NCBI GenBank assembly: GCA_963514005.1
Contig: OY740821.1
Location: 14,880,001-14,944,000 of the forward strand
Direction: 5' to 3'
From: Raja brachyura
Lineage: Eukaryota
DNA length: 64,000 nt
Part shown: one piece after another, positions 24,302 through 37,373 of the stretch
How positions within the stretch are numbered: position 1 is the stretch's first letter
Layout of the letters: every line of letters begins with the position of its first letter
Position numbers and translations under genes: made by a program
The notes under the pieces: model-generated
The model's input: the letters and a program-made list of their open reading frames with translations, nothing else
Databases searched by the model: none
Told to the model about the DNA's origin: nothing

Positions 24302-25097
24302 TATTCCAAAACTTACTTTACAAATTCAGTCTACCCTTTATAATTCTGCTTCTGCTTGTCAAAGGTTATACACATTATAATGTTTGTGCAGTCATTTAAG
24401 AATGGGTTAATTGCACAAAACATGAATTGATGAAAATGGAGTTACATGGGTAAAAACACATAAAGACACCTGAATTAGGATTTGATTGATTTTTTTTGTT
24501 AGTTACCATTTGTAATCGGCAGAGAATCAAAATGAATTGTTCTTTATCCCTAGTTCTATACCATTATAGACAATTACTGGTGATTGTGATTGAAACTTGC
24601 TTTGTCTGGCACTTCATTTTAATGTAAACTCGGAGCACCGAACACTTGGTAGGAGGAGAGCATTGCAGAGTTGGTGGTGCCTTCCTCTTGCTGTGTGCTC
24701 TCTCTGGTGAATATAAATGATCCCACATCTGCTACTTTGAAGCTGACACCCTGACCATCATTCATCCCTTAGTCAACATTAGTCAAAACCAAGATCGGTC
24801 GTCTAATTGAATGCCGACTTTTTGTAGCTGCTCGACAAGTAGGGTAGACAAAATATCTGGTCTCCATAATGATTGTGGTGGAACCGCAGTAGGTTCAGAG
24901 GCGGTCTAACCGTGTGGCCCTACCCAATTTTGGGCAATTGGTCTTGCCAGGGATAGTTCTTCCGCAACTCTATTGATGGGTATGAAGAAATGGGAGGAGA
25001 TAGGCTGTAATTAATTTATCCGTGCATGGGTTTAGAGGGATGGAAAGACCCTCAATTAAGCTTATCTCCACGGATTTTTCAAGATCCTGATTAACAA

Positions 25098-25141
25098 TAG
25101 AATGCACCTAAGCCAACACTGGTTGGCTTAGGTGCATTCTA
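25098..25141. repeat. Perfect 20-bp inverted repeat with a 4-nt loop
   Basis: TAGAATGCACCTAAGCCAAC-ACTG-GTTGGCTTAGGTGCATTCTA. Confidence 0.95.
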
Positions 25142-26884
25142 AATGAGGGGAAAAAAGGATCTATGGTGTGGCACGGTCAGAAGTGCTTGGAGGTGGCAAT
25201 GGGCATAGGACAGGGAGAAAGGTGGTTGACTAACATAAGGTGTCTCCCAAGAGGTTGCCATTCACTCAGGTGCTGTAAAAAGTCCAAGGAGTGAGCGGAT
25301 AGCACAGAGAAGATGAAATGGACCTCAGGACCCTCATGCCAGCCGGGAGATGCTGTCCGCAAACTAACTCAGAGTGACTTGAGACTGATACGTTTTTATT
25401 GTCCACACTTTGGAGTTATTTGGCCTTTAAAGCAATTAATCTGTTTATTAGCTTGTGGGAAGGGCAAACAAGCCAAGGAAATAAGTAGTCAGACACCGAA
25501 CAGGGCAGTAGAGCAGAAGGATTTTGGGGTATATGGATAAGATAATTAAGAAGCCACATATACTTGCTCCTATCAGTCAAGGCATAGAATACAATAGGGG
25601 GGAAGCCATGTTAGAACTGTGTAAAACATTCCATTTCCTTAGTCTGCCCCTTGAGGGTCAAGTGTGACTTGCTTGCATTCCAGTTCTGTGGGTTCTGAGA
25701 CGGCTGATAAGACCAATGTAGGACCCACATACTCTGACAGAGGTGGGGGAAGAAGGTACTTGTCAGGACAGTTGGATGGGGTGGTTTGGGAAATGATGCA
25801 CTCCATGTTCATTCTTGCCACATAGACTCAAGGTTCTCAATGCCATCCCAAACACTCCTCCATCCCCAGTGCACTTTTGCAAGGATCTTTCAGAAGACTC
25901 TCACCTCAACATTCTGGGCTGGATTCAAAGGCATGGTCTGAGTATAAATGCAGAGAATTGCAAAGTGGTACACATTAGCAGAACAGATGAGAGAGAGATG
26001 ATAAAATATCAATCAAGCAGTTTGAAAAGTTGTGCAGCAACAAAGGGGCATGTATATAATATTTTGTAAGTGGCAAGCTGTGCGGATAGAGTGGTGAGTA
26101 AAGAATACAGGATCTTGGGTTTCACATTCAGATAATACAAAAGCAAAGTTTGAACCTTTTATTAACCACTACTTAAGGCACATTGGCCTTTTCTATGTTG
26201 GAATATTGGCCTAGTCCTATGTATTAAGCTCGAGCCGCATAACCTCTTGCTGTGTAAACAGTTAGAATGACAACATTTTGTTCCTCATGTGACGGCGCCA
26301 GTGGGATAAATCACTCCTTGTTCCTGTGCAAGAAATGAGAGGAGTTCAGTGGATACTCCTACTCCTGTATAATGAGCTTGAGAGGTTGAATGGCCTCTTT
26401 GGGTTTTTTTGTGCAAAACAACTTACCCTCCCAATTCAGTCTACCCTTTATAACTCTGCTTCTGCTTGTCAAGGGTTTAATACAGTAATGTTTTGCAGTC
26501 ATTTAAGAATGGGCTAATTGTACAAAACACATAAATGGACGAAAATTGAGGTACATGGGGTGAAAATGCTTAAAAAAAACAATTTAGGATTCAATTGATT
26601 TTGTTGTTATTTACTATTTGCAATTTACAGAAAATCAAAATGAATTGTCTGTTATCCCTGTGTGTAGGAAGGAACTGCAAATGCTGGTCTTGACCCGAAA
26701 CATCACCCATTCCTTCTCTCCAGAGATGCTGCCTATCCCGCTGAGTTGCTCCAGCATTTTGTCACTATCTGTTATCCCCAGTTCTATATAATTATAGACA
26801 ATTGCTGGTGATTGCGACGGGCAAAGTTTGAAACTTCCTTTGTCGGCACTTCATTTTAATGTAAACTCTGAGCACCAAACACTT

Positions 26885-27250
26885 TAGTTTTAGTTTAGTT
26901 TAGTTTATTGTCACGTGCACTCGGGTACAGTGAAAAGCTTTTTGTTGCTTGCTATCCAGTCTGCGAAAGGACTATACATGATTACAATCGAGGTGTCCAC
27001 ATTGTAGAGATACAAGATAAAGGAAATAATGTTTAATGCAAGATAAAGTAGAGTAAAGTTCGATCAAAGATGTTCCAAAGGACTCCAATAAGGTAGACAG
27101 TAGCTCAAGACTGCTCTCCAGTTGGTGATAGGATGGTTCAGTTGCCTGATAACAGCTGGAAAAAAAAACTGTCCCTGAATCTGGAGGTATGAATTTTCAC
27201 ACTTCTGTACCTCCTGCCTGATGGGAGAGGGGAGAAGAGGGAATGTCCAG
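26885..27250 (-). mobile_element. Rex1/Babar-like LINE 3' end
   Basis: (TAAAC)n tail at about 26885-26908, and a ...PSPIRQEV...FFPAVIRQLN-like segment on the minus strand. Confidence 0.6.
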
Positions 27251-27984
27251 GATGAATTGCAGCTCAGGACCCTCATGCCAGCCGGGAGTTGGAGCTGGCC
27301 GCAAACCAACTCCAAGAGACTTGATTAAACTGGTAATTTTTTGTTAAGTCCACACTTTGGAATTATTTGGCCTATGCAATTAATTGATTTATTAGCTTGT
27401 GTTAAGCACAAACAAGCCAGGGAAATAAGTAGTGAGACACCGAATAGTGTAGAAGCGCAGAAGGATTTTGGAGTGAGACACAAAATGTTGGAGTAACTCA
27501 GCGGAACAGACAAGCATTTTGGAATTAATGGATAAGGTAATTAAAGGCCACAAACAAATACTGGTTCTTATCAGTCGAGGCATAGAATACAATAGTGGGG
27601 AAGCCATGTTAGAACTGTGTAAAATATTCCCATATACAAGATTGAGAGCTGAAAAGCCTTAATTACACTTTTTGACCAACGTGAATAAAATGGGTTGAAT
27701 GGTATTCGGTGATGATAGCTGGAGCAGTGTGTGGCTAGAAACCCAAAGGCCCTTGTCAGAGGCTGAACGAGACCGAGTAATCATTTTTAATGAGGAACTT
27801 CATTCTGAGGGGAGTGCAGGCTACACAACATTTGTGTACGTTTGACCTCGGTCTGTATGGCTCAGTTGTTCCAGCTACTGTTTTTGTAGTTCTGCTTCAT
27901 ATCAAGTGAGAGGTGGCTTCAGATCGGTCTTTCTGTACTCTTATTATCTAATAGTACAACCGTTTGGTTTTAAATGCACAGACC

Positions 27985-28160
27985 AGTTTTGTTTTCAAGA
28001 GAGAGTTAGATTTAGCTCTTGGGGCTAAGGGAATCAAGGGATATGGGGAAAAAGCCGGAACGGGGTACTGATTTTGGATAATCAACCATGATGACATTGA
28101 ATGGTGGTGCTGGCTCGAAGGGCCGAATGGCCTACTTCTGTACCTATTTTCTTTGTTTCT
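27985..28160 (+). mobile_element. CR1 3' UTR fragment
   Basis: ...GGCTCGAAGGGCCGAATGGCCTACTTCTGTACCTATTTTCT tail, shared with the 61000 copy. Confidence 0.75.
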
Positions 28161-29539
28161 ATCCCATGACCAGCCCTTGGCTTTAGTTCACAAAAGTTGA
28201 AGTCAGTCCTCTTGTGCTGTGCTGAGATAGTGCTGCACTGTTTGTTTTTACTATACACACATAAACACAAACAAACCCACCACCATAATACAGAATAAAC
28301 AAATATTCTTAAATATTAAATTACTATTTCCCCACCCTTATTGAGGATACATTCCACCCCCCGCGGTGCCCAGCGGTCCCGGAAATCCCCCAGTGCGCCC
28401 ATGGACTGTACATAGTCCCTTTCTATTACCACCCGGGTACGGACGTAACCCCGGACAAGGGGCAGGCAGCGGCTCAAATGCTACACTGTCAGGGTGGCTG
28501 TGTAAAGGGAGCGCCACACTGTTGCCACAGTAGTGCTGACTGAACACGCCATCTTTCGGATCAGCTGCTAAGTTGAGGTCCTGTCTTTTCTTAGGTGTGT
28601 GTGTGAACCTCTAAAGCACCACTTGAAGGAGAAGTTTCACAGTTCCTTGTATCCCCACAGCTTCAGTCATTGGTTAATCAAGATCACTAAGTCGGCTTTT
28701 AACCTTCCCTCCATTGTTTCTGGGATCTCGCTGTGCAGAAGCAGGCTGCCCCGTTTTCTCATTCCAAAAGCGTTGCCGTTTTGTAGCGTGCGGACGTGCG
28801 GGGCATTTTGATGTGACCCGAGGGTGTGAATGATGCTACAGAAATGCTAGTCTGCCTTTCTATAAGCAGATGAGCAGAGTGTGGATGAATAGCTCACTCT
28901 AGATGCTTCTGGAGAAACTAAGGGTTGGCAGTCAGTTTTATTGTGTTGTCACTACCCCTTTAAATGATTGTTTAATTATGGTTGGTTTGGGATTAGGGAA
29001 GACAATCTAGATAAGGCCAATGGAAAGCTCAGGCGCATTTCAGTGCCCCCTTCTTTATCACTCACCAAACTCCGCACTCAACCGCTGCCCAGAAATGTGA
29101 TGCTGCGTGTAATGTGGAGTGTTTGATGGCATCAGACGGGACTGCAATGTATGCCATCCTTGATTAGCCAGACAGCCCTCATTGTCTGCACTGACACATG
29201 AAGAGTGCCTGTTTTGCATTCGATCCCAGTGGAGGTGGGTGGGTAGTGAGGAGAATAAATCTCACCAAAAAAGATCAAGATAAGTGTGTTGCTCGGTGTG
29301 ATCTCATCCAAAGAGGATTTTTTAATGTAGTGTGAGAATAACAAGGCTGGAATGATTCAGGATCCCTGTGGGGTTGTCATCTGTAATTGTGCCATCTAGA
29401 ATGGATAATAATAGACTCGATGTACGTGTGGGCTGTGTTATCACAGTCGATGTGGATCAGTGTGCTCCGAGACATGTTGGAGACGACAGGAGCAACACGG
29501 TTCAGCTCCACCTCAGGAAACAAAAGTGGAATCTGCACC

Positions 29540-29985
29540 ATTCAGTTAGTTGGTGTGTATCAGTGTGCCTCCCTGTGCAGCACTCCTCCTTGAGTCAGAA
29601 GGTTGCGGGTTCAAGTCCCACTCCAGAGACCTGAGCTTCATTGTACAGGGCTGAGAGAATGCTGTGCTGCTGGAGGGGAACGGCTGCATCGTTGGAGCAG
29701 TTGTTTTTCAGAATGAGCCATTAAACATATCTTCCTTCTCAGATGGGGATTAATGATCCTCTGGCTGCTATTTGAAATGAACAAGGGAGTTCTCCCTGGT
29801 CCTCTTTCACAATCTTGTCTTGAAAAGAAACAGATTATCAGGTCATTTTCTCACTGCTGTTTGTGGGAGCTTGCTGGGTCCAAATTGGCCACCACGTTTC
29901 ACACATTGCACCAGTGACTGAGTTTCAGTGAGGCATCATTGACGGGCTGTGACACAGTTTGAGGATGTGATGAAAAGGTGAGCCG
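29540..29985 (+). mobile_element. Ancient Deu-domain SINE (SacSINE1/AmnSINE1-like)
   Basis: Head GAGTCAGAAGGTTGCGGGTTCAAGTCCCACTCCAGAGAC; core GGGAGTTCTCCCTGG...CAGATTATC.GGTCATT...GCTGTTTGTGGGAGCTTGCTG...CAAATTGGC. Related relics near 4400-4650, 35700-36170, 39340-39735, 47380-47570, 48540-48810, 50130-50330 and 63400-63760. Confidence 0.65.
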
Positions 29986-30102
29986 TGATTGTGACGCATT
30001 ACTTTGCTGTGTGTGGCGCAGATAAGGAGTCCGTCGCTTCTCCCTGGCCCCAAGGCGTGTGTGAGTGACCTGCTGTTTATTGTGTCTGCCTTTGTTTTGC
30101 AG

Positions 30103-30258
30103 GGTGATCTGCTGAGCCCCTGTCGCTGCGATGGCTCTGTGCGTTGCACCCACCAACCGTGCCTAATCCGCTGGATCAGCGAGCGAGGCTCATGGAGCTG
30201 CGAGCTCTGCTACTTTAAGTACCAGGTCTTGGCCATCAGCACCAAGAACCCCCTGCAG
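30103..30258 (+). CDS. MARCHF9: MARCHF9 coding exon 2 (RING-CH domain)
   Basis: Acceptor ttttgcAG at 30101-30102. Encodes [54 protein letters not shown] at 30259. Confidence 0.97.
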
Positions 30259-31214
30259 GTCAGTCTCCGGCGCTCACTGGCATGCTGGAAGTAGGGCAAA
30301 AGCAACTGGTCTTTGATGCATTTCTTGTGTGGCGATAGTTGTTTCCAGCTTGGCCTCTCCATGACAGATCACGGCTTGAGTACATCCCATTTTACAGCAC
30401 TTCATGTGCGGTGACCAACAGCATTACAGACCAACGTTGGGATAGGGGACTAGTCTCAACAGTTCCTTCGTCCTGATGGCTGAATGGCCTCCTCCTGTGC
30501 CATCAGTGTCTATGTGCACTACAGCCCCAGACTACAGCTTCAATGGAACTACCCCTTGATGTTCCAGTGCTACTCCTCCCTGAACCCTTCCACCCCCCCC
30601 CCCCCCCCCCCCCCACCCCCACCCCCACGCATGGCAAGTAGTGACCTAATATCCATGGCTCTTCTGCGCATCCTGATGAAAGGTGCTGATGGTAATGGGA
30701 AGAACTACGGAGCAAAAGGAAGGATGTGAGGGTGAGGGGGCGGTCAGGATTTACCAGCATTAGCTCCTGTATTTGCGCAGCATCAGGTGGGAGCTGCTTG
30801 CAGGCTGCGGCATCTCCCGATCAGAAAGATAGGAATGAGATGAAGGGAGTGGGGAGGGAACCCGTTCCCCAGCCTCAACTACTTTTTACTGTCTGCTGAC
30901 TGCAGTTCTGGCAGCGGATCAATGGCATACTATCACTATCACAGCAGCTGCTGAAGAGCATGAACATTTTGTTTTTAAGTTGGGAAAGGTGGGGGTGCAG
31001 GGCAATGACTAAAATGCCCCTGAAAAGTCAAAAGATTGCCACGCATTGGAGTTCCAGCACATTGTGCCACCGAGCCACAAACCTGTAATTACCACACTCG
31101 GTGCCTGAGCCATGCTCTCTGCCAACAACGCACTAATGCAGCACACCAGCACTGTAAATAAAGATAACTCTATTCAACTCTCTCTTTCTCGCTGACATTT
31201 CGGGGAAATACAAT

Positions 31215-31456
31215 ATGATCTCGGGAGATTTTCTGGTAGTTGTATTACTACGTCATAGTCGCAGCAGGTTGCCGAAAATGTTCAACATGTTGAAAATCCA
31301 GCGGCGACCTGAAAAAGGTACAACTCTTTCGGTGATTACTCACCACCAAAGAGGCTTCACCCCGAAACATGTTGAAATATTTCGGCAACCTGCTGTGACT
31401 TTGACAGGTGCCGGCAAGTTGCCGAAAAAATTGCGTAAGTGGGACAGGCCCTTTAA
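31215..31456. mobile_element. Non-autonomous DNA transposon fragment (Harbinger-like), right end
   Basis: Ends AGTGGGACAGGCCCT-TTA, complementary to the TIR at 20594; a TWA flank is typical of PIF/Harbinger. Confidence 0.5.
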
Positions 31457-34359
31457 TTTCACAAACAACCTTTTTGCTGTTCAAAACAATCTGCCAAGAA
31501 TGTGACACTGCCTCACAGACCTGAGACCAGGGACAGTGGGGTCTCTTCCACAGTGCATGCATGAATGACAGCTTCCGGCCCACACCCACAGCGGAGTGAA
31601 CTCCAAAGGTTTCAACATTCGGTCCTAGAAAACCGCTTGCATGTGATTGGAAAGAGAGGAGGGAAGTGATGGGATGCAGAGTGTGAGAGAAATTAGACAG
31701 AGAAAGAGAGGGTATAGAGAAGAGATAAATGGGGAGGGGATAGGTTTAAAGGCGGTGGGCAAAAGATGGTGAGGGCTTCTGACTTGTCAATTGATGCCAG
31801 CGTCTTGTTAGTGGACAGGCAAACCTGCCCTGCATTGGCAACATAGCTGTGCTGCGAATGTTGGCAAAGATTTGCTGTTGATGAACTGCAACATAGACAA
31901 AGTAACAGACAGATGAGAGGGATTCAAGGAATACTAAGTGTGCCTAGTCTGCAGAGAACATTTCATCTGTTCCCAGTTATTAACTTTGTTTTCTAACCAC
32001 CCCACCAGGGGACCTCAAGTGCAATTTCACAGGCATCAGCTGCCCTGAGGTACTTGGCCTGCTTGCTCACTCTTTATGGATAGTGCAGTGGATCAGTGGG
32101 TAGCCCTGCTGCCACACAGCTTCAGAGACCCAGGATCAACCTGACCAGTCTGTGTGGAGTTTGCAGTGTCCCTGTGACCAAATCGTTTTCCCCCGGATGC
32201 TCTGGTTTCCCCCCACATTCCAAAGATGTGCTGATTTGTGGGTTAAGTAGTTGTGCTGAATTTCCCCAAGAGTGTATGTGAGGGGTAGAATCTCGGGGTG
32301 GGGGAGAATATATTGTAATTAGTTTAGGATTAGTATAAATGGATGCTTGATGGGTGGTGCGGACTCAGTGGGCCGAATGGCCATATTCCATTCCGTATAA
32401 TTCTGTCGCGATCCTAGGTGGCAGTTAGGCTGTTTAATTCTGGTGGTGTCGACTGATCCTATGGCTCTCCCGGCTTCTCCACACACTTAGTTTCCAGCAG
32501 AGAGTGTTGGGGTGGGGAGCTGGGGGCAGGGAGGTGGTTAGAAAGTCAGTGGATTTAACAGAACCGATCTATTCAGCCTAGGGTTCCCATGTTACAGAAG
32601 GACAACAGGGGAGTATCGCTGTGAGAAGGGGGGCATTATGAGGGAGTGCTTTCCTGTGGGATTGGCTGTACAAGGGATGACTGGGAGAGGCAGTATGAGG
32701 AAGGGTGTCAGAGGCAACATTTTGGACACAATTTTAATCCAAGGCTCCATCAGCCCCCCTGGCTATGCATGGGTATTAAAAATGCACGTCACTATTTGTA
32801 GAAGAACAGGGACATTCTCCGTGCTGAGTGTAAGGCAATAGCCAACAACCTGGTCATTTATTGAATTCTTGCTTGAGAGAGCTTGCTAGGCGCAAAGTGT
32901 CCACGCATTTTCCTTCATTCTGTATGGCTGTGAAGTATTTTGGGGATACGCTGTGCTCATCAAAGACGCAATAGAAATGCAAATTAAAGCTCAGTTGTAC
33001 TTGGCACACAGCAAACACACGCAGTCTTAGTGTGTGAGAGGGAAGGAATACCAAGAGAGAGGATCATGTGGCTGAGATCACGGACGCATTGTCAAGCAAC
33101 TTCAGCTGCTGTAGCATGAGATGGCAACACATAGGATCACTGGCTCGCACCTTATCAACCTTTTGGTCTCTTGCATGCAATCCTGCACCTTCTGTCAGCT
33201 CTAAGTGGCATTGTCCTTTAATTGGGCACCATCTCTGCTTAGAACCCCCTCACCCAAGCAAGCTACGACCATTCACCAAATGTAACACCAGTGCCTTTCA
33301 CTGGCGATGAGCTTCAGCCTTTGGAGTCCAGGTGCCACTTCCTACAATGGACTGTTAAGGAGGGCAGCTCCAATGTTCCCTGTTCATTAACGAGAAGATA
33401 TTACTCCAAGGCTGCAATGTGAGATGCAGCAGCTGGGAACAGTCTCCGTTTCTCCTGCTTGATCAGCATGAATCTGATGGGCCAAATAGCTGCTTCTGCC
33501 CAATAGATCCCTCTTGCACTGATTATTTGTAATTGTAGAACACCAGTGCTCGTGTCCCAGTCAGGCAGAAGCTTCTTGTAAAGGAATTCCTCATCCTGTG
33601 CGTTTTCGTGGAACTTCTGATAATGTGAAGAGATTTCCTGGAGGTTAGATGGAAGGTTTCAAAAACTTATTGAATGTGTGCAATCCTTCCAACCATAGTC
33701 CCCTGAACTTCCCCAGACCTCTATCCCAACAAACTGCCACTCCCTGCTGAGCAGTTCATTCAATGCTCAATACCACCATCTTGCTTGGTTGTTGGCGTGT
33801 GGATTGCATATGATGACAACTGCTTCTCCAATCGAATTACTGTTATAGTAGAGCAAGTGCGTAAGTTACCTGCTGGAGCTCACAGATTACCTTCTGGAAT
33901 TCTGGTGTCCTATCCCATTTTGAAAGACCTTGCGCTAAACACTGCCACACCCGTGCCATGGCAGGTGTCTGATACTGCATAGCAGGCACTACAACTGGCA
34001 CTTGTCGTGGGACAGTCTAGGCTGCAGCTGAGGTTAACTCTGGGTGCTGTCGCATCGGGCTTGTCTCTGTCCAACTTCCCAGTGCTGAATCTGGTCGAGG
34101 ATCATCTCTGTGGAGCAGCAGAGCCAGGTTTCCACTTCGCCTGTGCTCTGTAGCTCCGCTGAGGGCTCCAGACAGATTCATAGAACAGTGCAGCACAGGG
34201 GCAGGCCCTTCGGCCCACAATGTCTGTGTCAAACATGATGTCAAGACCAATTCTTCTCTGCCTGAACATAATCCATATCCCTCCATGTTCTGCATATCCA
34301 TATGCTTATCTAAAAGACTCTTAAATGTCACTATTGTATCTGCCTCCACCACAACCAGA

Positions 34360-34635
34360 GATGCTGCCTTACAGACCAGAGACCCAGGTTTGATCCTGAC
34401 TACGGGTGCTTGTCTGTATGGAGTTTGTACACTCTCCCTGTGACCATGTGGGTTTTCTCCAGGATCTTCGGTTTCCTCCCACACTCTAAAGACGTACAGG
34501 TTTGGAGGCTAATTGGCTTGGTATAATTGTAAATTGTCCCTAGGATTATGTTAGTGTGTGGGGATCACTGGTCGGTGCAGACTGAATGGGCCAAAGGGCA
34601 TGTTTCCGCGCTGTATCTCAAAGCTAAACTAAACA
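34360..34635 (+). mobile_element. V-SINE (HE1-like) nested in a CR1 3' fragment
   Basis: Same core and tail as above. Further partial copies near 13314-13485, 32085-32400, 37515-37750, 42085-42205 and 51380-51505. Confidence 0.75.
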
Positions 34636-37337
34636 AAACCACCCCTGGCAGCACGTACCAGGCACTCACCACTCTGCTCGTTGCACTGCATTTTTCCATG
34701 AGAAATCACAACTATCCACCCAAGGTCGCAATCTGGCTCACAGACTCCTTCTTGGTCTTCCAATAAATCTGCAGTGGACATATGCAACTTATGTCAGTGA
34801 TTCCTGCTCAAATAAAAATGTGTATTTGCTGAGATCTGATCCCTCGGCGTTGGAGCACAGCTGGAAACCATTAGACCACCTGCCAGACAGACAACTTGCT
34901 CCTCATCATTTACTGTGACTCACTTTAATAGTTATCTCTTAAATAACATCCCAGATAATATCTTGTTGGTAATCACATTGCTATTTGTGGAATTTTTCCG
35001 TGCGCAAATTGGCTGCTGCATTTCCTGGCTGCAACTCAAATGTCAACCTCCTGCCACAGTTAACCATTCCAGAGTCAATTGGATTCTCTGGTGCAATCCA
35101 GTATGCAACAATAGATGGGAAGATTTTGATTTCAGATCTGGCTTCCTTTCATCTTGCTACGCTCCCCCTCAAATCGGGGCCGGATTTCCACCAGTGCAGG
35201 CTGATTTTATTGCCAATATGAATGCATTGTTGGGATCATCAGGATAGATGGAGCACTGCTGTTGAACACATCATTTCACGTCCCTGCACAGTGAATAACC
35301 ATCGACCCGCTTGGCTAAGTTACAAACTTTCTTCATTAAAAACATTGCCACCTGGAGACTTCTGCCAAGCACATGGGTCACATTGCCATCTGCTCATCTT
35401 GTTGGATCCTCATTCAAACAACCCCTTCCTTGCTCTGGCCCTTCCACAGTATAATGATGAACATCACGTACTAAAATTTGGCCTTGCCAATCTTTCTTTC
35501 GCGCTTATTTGTGACACCTTGTCATGCCCAGCAATACTTTGGGTCTTGCCAACCACTGATTTCTTTTAGTTTGCGATCTTCCATCTGGATGTGCTTGGGT
35601 TATCTCGGTCATATTTTAGATCTTCTAAAATGCTCTGTTCTTGGCTTTTGCGACAGAGAAATTATGGACAGCACCATCTCTCCTCAGGATCAAAATGTAA
35701 TAGGTGCACGTCCAGTGCAGAGACTCGAGCACAACAATCCAATCTGACCTTACAGTGCTGGGACTGAAGGGAGCACGGCTTTTGACCACTAGTCTTTGTA
35801 CCTTTGTTTTATAATGACCCTGTAAAGCCCCGAGAGAGTTTTGTTTTAGTAAAAATGCTAAATAAATGGAGGTTGTTGTTGTTTTTTGGATGAAATGCTA
35901 AACCAAGGCCTTTCTGATCTCTTAAATGGATGTAAAAGATATTACAATCACTACTATGAAGAATTCCCAATGTCCTAGGCCAATATTTATCTTTCTGCCT
36001 ACCTCCCTAGAACATATTGTCTCATCTTTATAAGATAGTTATTTGTAGGAGCATGCTGTGCATAAATTGGATGCCACCTTTCCTACATTACTAAAATTAT
36101 TTCAGTGACTGTGAGGTGTTCTGGGACATCCTGAGGTTGTAAAAGACATCATATATTCAAGTCTCTTTTTCTTTCAGATATTTGTGAGATATATCATGTG
36201 TACATGAAAATTGCATAGTTAGTTTGTAGTGTACTTTTGGGTCCATGGGTTATCCATCTTCTCAATTCCTCCTGAGTTTGCGCCATTTCTTGTGTTCCCT
36301 TTGCTCCATCAAGGATATAATCCGTTCCGCCGAGCTGAGTGGCTCTCCCAATAAAATAATATCCCACACACTTTAATCTCAGTCCCTGGAGGAATGCCTG
36401 TGGAAATCAGTGCAAGTAGGTCCCTTCTCTTATCAGGGGCATAGAGATTTGTAAAGAGGTGCTGGACCTTGTTCTTGATCCTGCTGCTCTCTGCATGCCA
36501 TTTATTGCAGGTTCTGGAAAGAGCGTGACGGTGCCATAGCTAGCACGACTGGAGATGCTGAATAAAGTCTAAGCCATGCTCACCTGTCCCTCAAACTGTG
36601 CTTGATTGATCATTTCTGGGACACAGCATGTCAACGCGTTTCAACTGTTCCACCGCTCAGCGGATGATTGCACGGGCCAGTGGGTTTTGGGGTTGCGACA
36701 CAATCACTGAAGGCTGAACTTTGTGCTGAACCTCTGTGCTGGCAAGGCTGGCATTTTATGGCTCTCCCTCAAACAGGTTAGACATTGTAGTCAGGAGTAA
36801 GTGAGTAGGGGTCCACAGGGAGAGTTTGGTTTGGTGCTCCAGAAGCATCTTGGGTTGTCATTGGTAAAACAGGTATGTAGATGTACAAGATTGGGGTCAC
36901 ATTATGATTTTTCCGTTCCTTCCCACTCTTCAGTCCCTCTCCAAAACCCACCCACCCTTCCTGCTGGAATAGCCTAGTGTCCCTCCATATTGGCCTGCAA
37001 GAAGAGTAGAGACCTGAGCAAGGGAGCTGGTGGCACCCATGCTCTGTGCCCACAGCGTGTCTCAATACCGATAATGTTTTTATTATTACTTATTTACAGG
37101 ATGTGGGTATTGCTGGCAAGGCTGGCCATTTATTCCACTTCCCTCACTGTTTTTTGAACTGAGCGGCTTCATGACCACTTTGGGGCAGTTAAGAGTCAAC
37201 TACATGAGTATGTCTGAACCAGGTATGCGCAGCAGACTTCCTTCCCAAGGGCACATCGTTTAACCAGGCCGGTGTATGTGACAAATAAACTTGACTTTTC
37301 ACAATGATTCAACAGTTTTACGCCCACCATCAGCAAT

Positions 37338-37373
37338 CTGTCTGAAGAAGGGTTTCGACCCGAAACGTCACCC
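37338..37373 (+). ncRNA. Minimal type I hammerhead core (Penelope-type)
   Basis: CUGAAGA-A-GGGUUUCGACCC-GAAACGUC-ACCC, in MARCHF9 intron 2, sense orientation. Confidence 0.65.

Larger units (their letters stand above)
22954..27633 (+). repeat. Local tandem duplication in MARCHF9 intron 1 (unit A about 22954-25634, unit B about 26272-27633)
   Basis: Collinear blocks: AACATTTTGTTCCTC.TGTGACGGCGCCAGTGGGATAAATCACTCC at about 22955/26272, TTCAGTCTACCCTTTATAA at about 24325/26435, and CTCAGGACCCTCATGCCAGCCGGGAG at about 25324/27263. Confidence 0.9.
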
